Shown here: positions 33,484-37,943 of the stretch, in pieces | Layout: every line of letters begins with the position of its first letter | Numbering within the stretch: position 1 is the stretch's first letter | Source: Octopus bimaculoides | Taxonomy: Eukaryota | Direction: 5' to 3' | Length of the DNA stretch: 37,943 bases | Assembly (NCBI RefSeq): GCF_001194135.2 | Contig: NC_068983.1 | Coordinates: forward strand, 43,923,117-43,961,059 | The notes under the pieces: generated by a model | Databases searched by the model: none | Seen by the model: only the letters and a program-made list of their open reading frames with translations | What the model was told of the DNA's origin: nothing | Translations under genes and position numbers: made by a program

Positions 33484-33741
33484 TTTTGTTTTAAAGTGAA
33501 AGAGAGGAGAACGTGAAAGATGTATGAACGTGTATATGAAATGGGCGTGTGAGAGAGAGAAAGAGAGTGTGCTACGTATACATAAGAACACACGTTCACT
33601 CACACACACATGCACACGTACACAAAAAAGATGTACGCCAACGCACCCCTTCACTCTCTCTCTTTCACACACACACACGTCCATTTCATATACACGTACA
33701 TACATCTTTCACTTTCTCCTCTCTTTCACTTTAAAATAAAA
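33484..33741. repeat. Foldback (inverted repeat, ~85 bp arms)
   Basis: ttttaaagtgaaagagaggaga..gtgaaagatgtatg.acgtgtatatgaaatgg pairs with ccatttcatatacacgtacatacatctttcac..tctcctctctttcactttaaaa. Confidence 0.75.
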
Positions 33742-34454
33742 ATAGATAAATTTTTTACGGAAATTAACGAACTCCGGATGATGAAATCACATTCAGTTAA
33801 AAATATTTCTAAATGATTAAAATATTGTGTACGTCAAAAAGTCGACGTTTTTTTTTTCTTAAGGAGCGAAGACTATGTGTGTGTATATGACACAGATAGC
33901 GGACGTGTGTTTGTGTTGATTGACATGCCATGACATTCATATGTGTATGTATTCTGTATGTGTGTTGACGTCATGGAAGCCATGTATTTTTCGTCAAGAA
34001 ATAAAAATTGTGTTTAATCGTTTAAATAGAGGTCCTTGTACTGCACTGCCGAAGGTAAGTATGAAATAAATATGTTAAAAAAATGAAGATAAAATATACC
34101 ATTTCTGAGATATTTCAGTTACACACAAACATCCCTAGAGTTTTAGTATTATCAAGATGTTTGTTCGTGTGTGCGCAAGAAATGTATTAAAAAGCGAAGG
34201 AAGATATCTTGAAAAATAGACTTGTCAGAACATGGGAGAAATAAAAGAAAATATCTTTAAATGTTAAAAAAAACAAAAAAAAAAACAATTATTCAGCATA
34301 ATATTGTGTTGGTTAAATTTCGTAACGTTGGAAACTAGAATATAAAAAAAGAAAAAAATTGTCCCCTCGGGATTCGTAGTCTTGGAAACTATTTGACGGT
34401 CATATTCGTGCTGGTGGACAAGGAAAAAGCACTCAATACATGCTATGAAGCAGT

Positions 34455-34590
34455 TCGTGTTAAGAAGGGCATCAAGCTATAGAAACCACGCAAAGTAGAT
34501 ATTGGAGCATGATGCAATATTTGGACTTTTCAATTCCTGTCAGACCGTCCAATCAATGTCAGCACGGAACATGAACGTTAAATGATGATG
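34455..34590 (+). mobile_element. Degenerate RTE-LINE 3' end
   Basis: gttaagaagggcatcaagctatagaaacc...gaacgttaaatgatgatg. Confidence 0.6.
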
Positions 34591-34794
34591 AAAAAAAAAA
34601 GAAGAGGATGGAAAAAAATACGATTAACTATTTTGAGGAGATTGTAAACTGTCAATAAATGATCGACAGGAAAATGCAAAGGACTTCAGCCATTAGATGT
34701 TGCAAAAGTTGTTGTAGTAAATCAGTGTTATGCAAATTGAGATATGATTTGAGTGACTTCCCTTGATATAAAGGGCATGTGGATTTGATGATCA

Positions 34795-34796
<2 letters not shown>

Positions 34797-34860
<64 letters not shown>
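34797..34860. repeat. (GA)n microsatellite
   Basis: Perfect dinucleotide run. Confidence 0.95.
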
Positions 34861-34863
<3 letters not shown>

Positions 34864-35062
34864 GCCATTTTGAATAACATACGTTGAATCGAAAATATTG
34901 TGGATAACAATATATGACACTTTTACTGTTTTGGGCTGTGACTGGAAATTTGTTTCTTTGAACCAGGAATTACTGGTCATACATAACACAAAGTATATGA
35001 TTTCTATAAATACATATGCATATATAGTTACATACACATGTGCACCTATATATACCTGTATA

Positions 35063-35130
<68 letters not shown>

Positions 35131-36330
35131 NNNNNNNNNNNNNNNNNNNNNNNNNNNNNNNNNNNNNNNNNNNNNNNNNNNNNNNNNNNNNNNNNNNNNN
35201 NNNNNNNNNNNNNNNNNNNNNNNNNNNNNNNNNNNNNNNNNNNNNNNNNNNNNNNNNNNNNNNNNNNNNNNNNNNNNNNNNNNNNNNNNNNNNNNNNNNN
35301 NNNNNNNNNNNNNNNNNNNNNNNNNNNNNNNNNNNNNNNNNNNNNNNNNNNNNNNNNNNNNNNNNNNNNNNNNNNNNNNNNNNNNNNNNNNNNNNNNNNN
35401 NNNNNNNNNNNNNNNNNNNNNNNNNNNNNNNNNNNNNNNNNNNNNNNNNNNNNNNNNNNNNNNNNNNNNNNNNNNNNNNNNNNNNNNNNNNNNNNNNNNN
35501 NNNNNNNNNNNNNNNNNNNNNNNNNNNNNNNNNNNNNNNNNNNNNNNNNNNNNNNNNNNNNNNNNNNNNNNNNNNNNNNNNNNNNNNNNNNNNNNNNNNN
35601 NNNNNNNNNNNNNNNNNNNNNNNNNNNNNNNNNNNNNNNNNNNNNNNNNNNNNNNNNNNNNNNNNNNNNNNNNNNNNNNNNNNNNNNNNNNNNNNNNNNN
35701 NNNNNNNNNNNNNNNNNNNNNNNNNNNNNNNNNNNNNNNNNNNNNNNNNNNNNNNNNNNNNNNNNNNCCCTTCCATCTCTACTCCCACCAAGAGATTTCT
35801 ATCTGAAATAAAACATCGTAACATTAACCCAATGAAAATTGGGTTAATACCTTCGTAAATGTTTGTGGGGAAAACAACTGAAACCAGACGTGTTTTAGTT
35901 TGCAACAGCAACAACGACAAAGACAGCAACAACCATAACAACAGCAAAAACAAGTGCTGACAACAGTAGAAAGGCTATAAATATGTGTGCGTGTCTGTTT
36001 ATGGTTATGTGTGTGTGTGTGTGTGTGTAAGTGTGTGAAGATTGTATATGTCGGTATGTATATATAAATTGGAATACTCGAGTGTGCGTGTGTGTGTGAA
36101 TATGTGTACGAAACGTTTTGAGTATATGCGTGAGCGAGAGAGGGAGGGAGAGAGAGAAAGAGAGAAACAGTGAGTGTATTGTGTGTATGTTTGTGTTTAT
36201 GTCTATCTGGATGAGGGTGTTTGTGTATAAATTTGTATGCGTTAATGTGTGAAAATGTTTTCATGCGATTGAATGTGTGTGTAACTATATATGTGAATAT
36301 GTGTGTGAAAGTTTGTATGTATGTATGTGT

Positions 36331-37018
36331 GGAGGCGCAATGGCCCAGTGGTTNNNNNNNNNNNNNNNNNNNNNNNNNNNNNNNNNNNNNNNNNNNNNNN
36401 NNNNNNNNNNNNNNNNNNNNNNNNNNNNNNNNNNNNNNNNNNNNNNNNNNNNNNNNNNNNNNNNNNNNNNNNNNNNNNNNNNNNNNNNNNNNNNNNNNNN
36501 NNNNNNNNNNNNNNNNNNNNNNNNNNNNNNNNNNNNNNNNNNNNNNNNNNNNNNNNNNNNNNNNNNNNNNNNNNNNNNNNNNNNNNNNNNNNNNNNNNNN
36601 NNNNNNNNNNNNNNNNNNNNNNNNNNNNNNNNNNNNNNNNNNNNNNNNNNNNNNNNNNNNNNNNNNNNNNNNNNNNNNNNNNNNNNNNNNNNNNNNNNNN
36701 NNNNNNNNNNNNNNNNNNNNNNNNNNNNNNNNNNNNNNCTAAGGCTTCACGAGACTCAGGCAGGGGATGGTGGCGACCCTTGCTGTACTCTTCCACCACA
36801 ACTTTCTCTCACTCTTACTTCCTGTTTCTGTTGTGCCTGTATTTCAAAGGGTCAGCCTTGTCACACTGTGTCACGCTGAATCTCCTCGAGAACTACGTTA
36901 AGGGTACACGTGTCTGTGGAGTGCTCATCCACTTGCACATTAATTTCACGAGCAGGCTGTTCCGTTGATCGGATCAACTGGAACCCTCGACGTCGTAAGC
37001 GACGGAGTGCCAACAACA
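36331..37018 (+). mobile_element. SINE family D spanning an assembly gap
   Basis: ggaggcgcaatggcccagtggtt head before the gap; body and tail after it match 19540-19830. Confidence 0.75.
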
Positions 37019-37144
37019 ACATGTATGTATATATGTATGTATGTATGCGTGTATGTAGATGGGAGCGTTTGTGTGTGAAGGTATGTGTGATGTTCACTTC
37101 GCAAGCGTGAGGTCCCAGGTTCAATCTGCTACATGGCATCTTAG

Positions 37145-37452
37145 ACAAACGTATTCTACTGTGCTGGCACTCCGTTGATTACCGAAGATAGTTTCGGTTG
37201 ATCCGATCAACGGAACAGCCTGCTCGTAAAAATAACGTGCACATGGCTGAGTACTCCACAGACACGCGTGCCCTTAACGTAGCTATCAGAGAGATTCACC
37301 GTGATACAGAATGTGACAAGGCTGGCCCTTTCGAATTACAAGTACAACTTGACAGCTGAGTGGACTGAAGCAATGTGAAAAAAGTGTGAAGCTCAAGAAC
37401 CCAGCGCTGCCAATTATCGAACTCATGACTTTATGACCGGGAACCGAATATT
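37145..37452 (-). mobile_element. SINE with a different tRNA head but the family-D tail
   Basis: Minus strand ttagtggttagaatattcgg...gagttcgataa head, gttcttgagc...cagtccactcagctg centre, then the tail shared with family D. Confidence 0.7.
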
Positions 37453-37943
37453 CTAACCACTAATGCACGCACCGAATACCCTTCCCTAAGCCATGTGTCT
37501 TCCACCATAAACCTCTGTTACTCGTGAGTGGGATGAAGGTCTCTTCACATGGAAGACCTGACCTGAACGCTTGCCACAGAGTGAACTCTGCTAAACGTAC
37601 CCAAGGGCCATGTGATGGTATTACACCGGGTAATGGATTAAATCTATCAACCGTCGCGCGATTTGAACTCAGATCATGAAGAACCGGAATAAATACAGGA
37701 AAGTACCTGACCCCAATAAGACAGAAGACAAAGCTGATTTCACCGCGATTTGAACTCATCGCTGTATGGTTAGAATTTTTGGCACTGTCATGGTATTAGC
37801 TGTCAGAAATGAAAGTAGAAAAATCCAAACAAGGAATGTTACTGCTGGTTTGAGTTGAAATCTGTTTCTTTGGCTACTGACTGGCCGGAGCTATCTGTCT
37901 GTCTGTCTCTTTCTCTCTCTCTCCCCCTCTCTCTCTCTCTCTC

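Noticed and set aside
34861-34872. YY1-like GCGGCCATTTTG next to (GA)n
   Set aside because: Isolated short motif with no supporting exon structure.

Overview
AT-rich, microsatellite-laden animal genomic DNA from a gapped draft scaffold. The SINE/LINE repertoire points to an octopod cephalopod (inference, not a database match). Only one protein-coding segment is well supported: a ~2.0 kb terminal coding exon on the minus strand (15882->13874). It encodes a serine beta-lactamase/DD-peptidase (S12/PF00144-like) fold followed by five ~45-50 aa repeats resembling bacterial tandem repeat domain 1 / polyglycine-hydrolase structural repeats. All three catalytic motifs appear substituted (SxxK->NISK, YxN->HSH, H[ST]G->LEG) although the frame is fully open, so it is a candidate secreted pseudoenzyme of bacterial-type architecture. 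Its 5' exon(s) were not located. The rest is retroposon debris: many RTE-clade LINE 3' ends with (GAT)n tails, R4/Dong-like RLE LINE fragments sitting in (AAT)n microsatellites, and several modular tRNA-derived SINE families. There are also two TA-flanked foldback MITEs, a third foldback, a possible Helitron end, simple repeats and N gaps. Nearly all other ORFs in the track are microsatellite or gap artefacts. Repeat boundaries are by-eye estimates.
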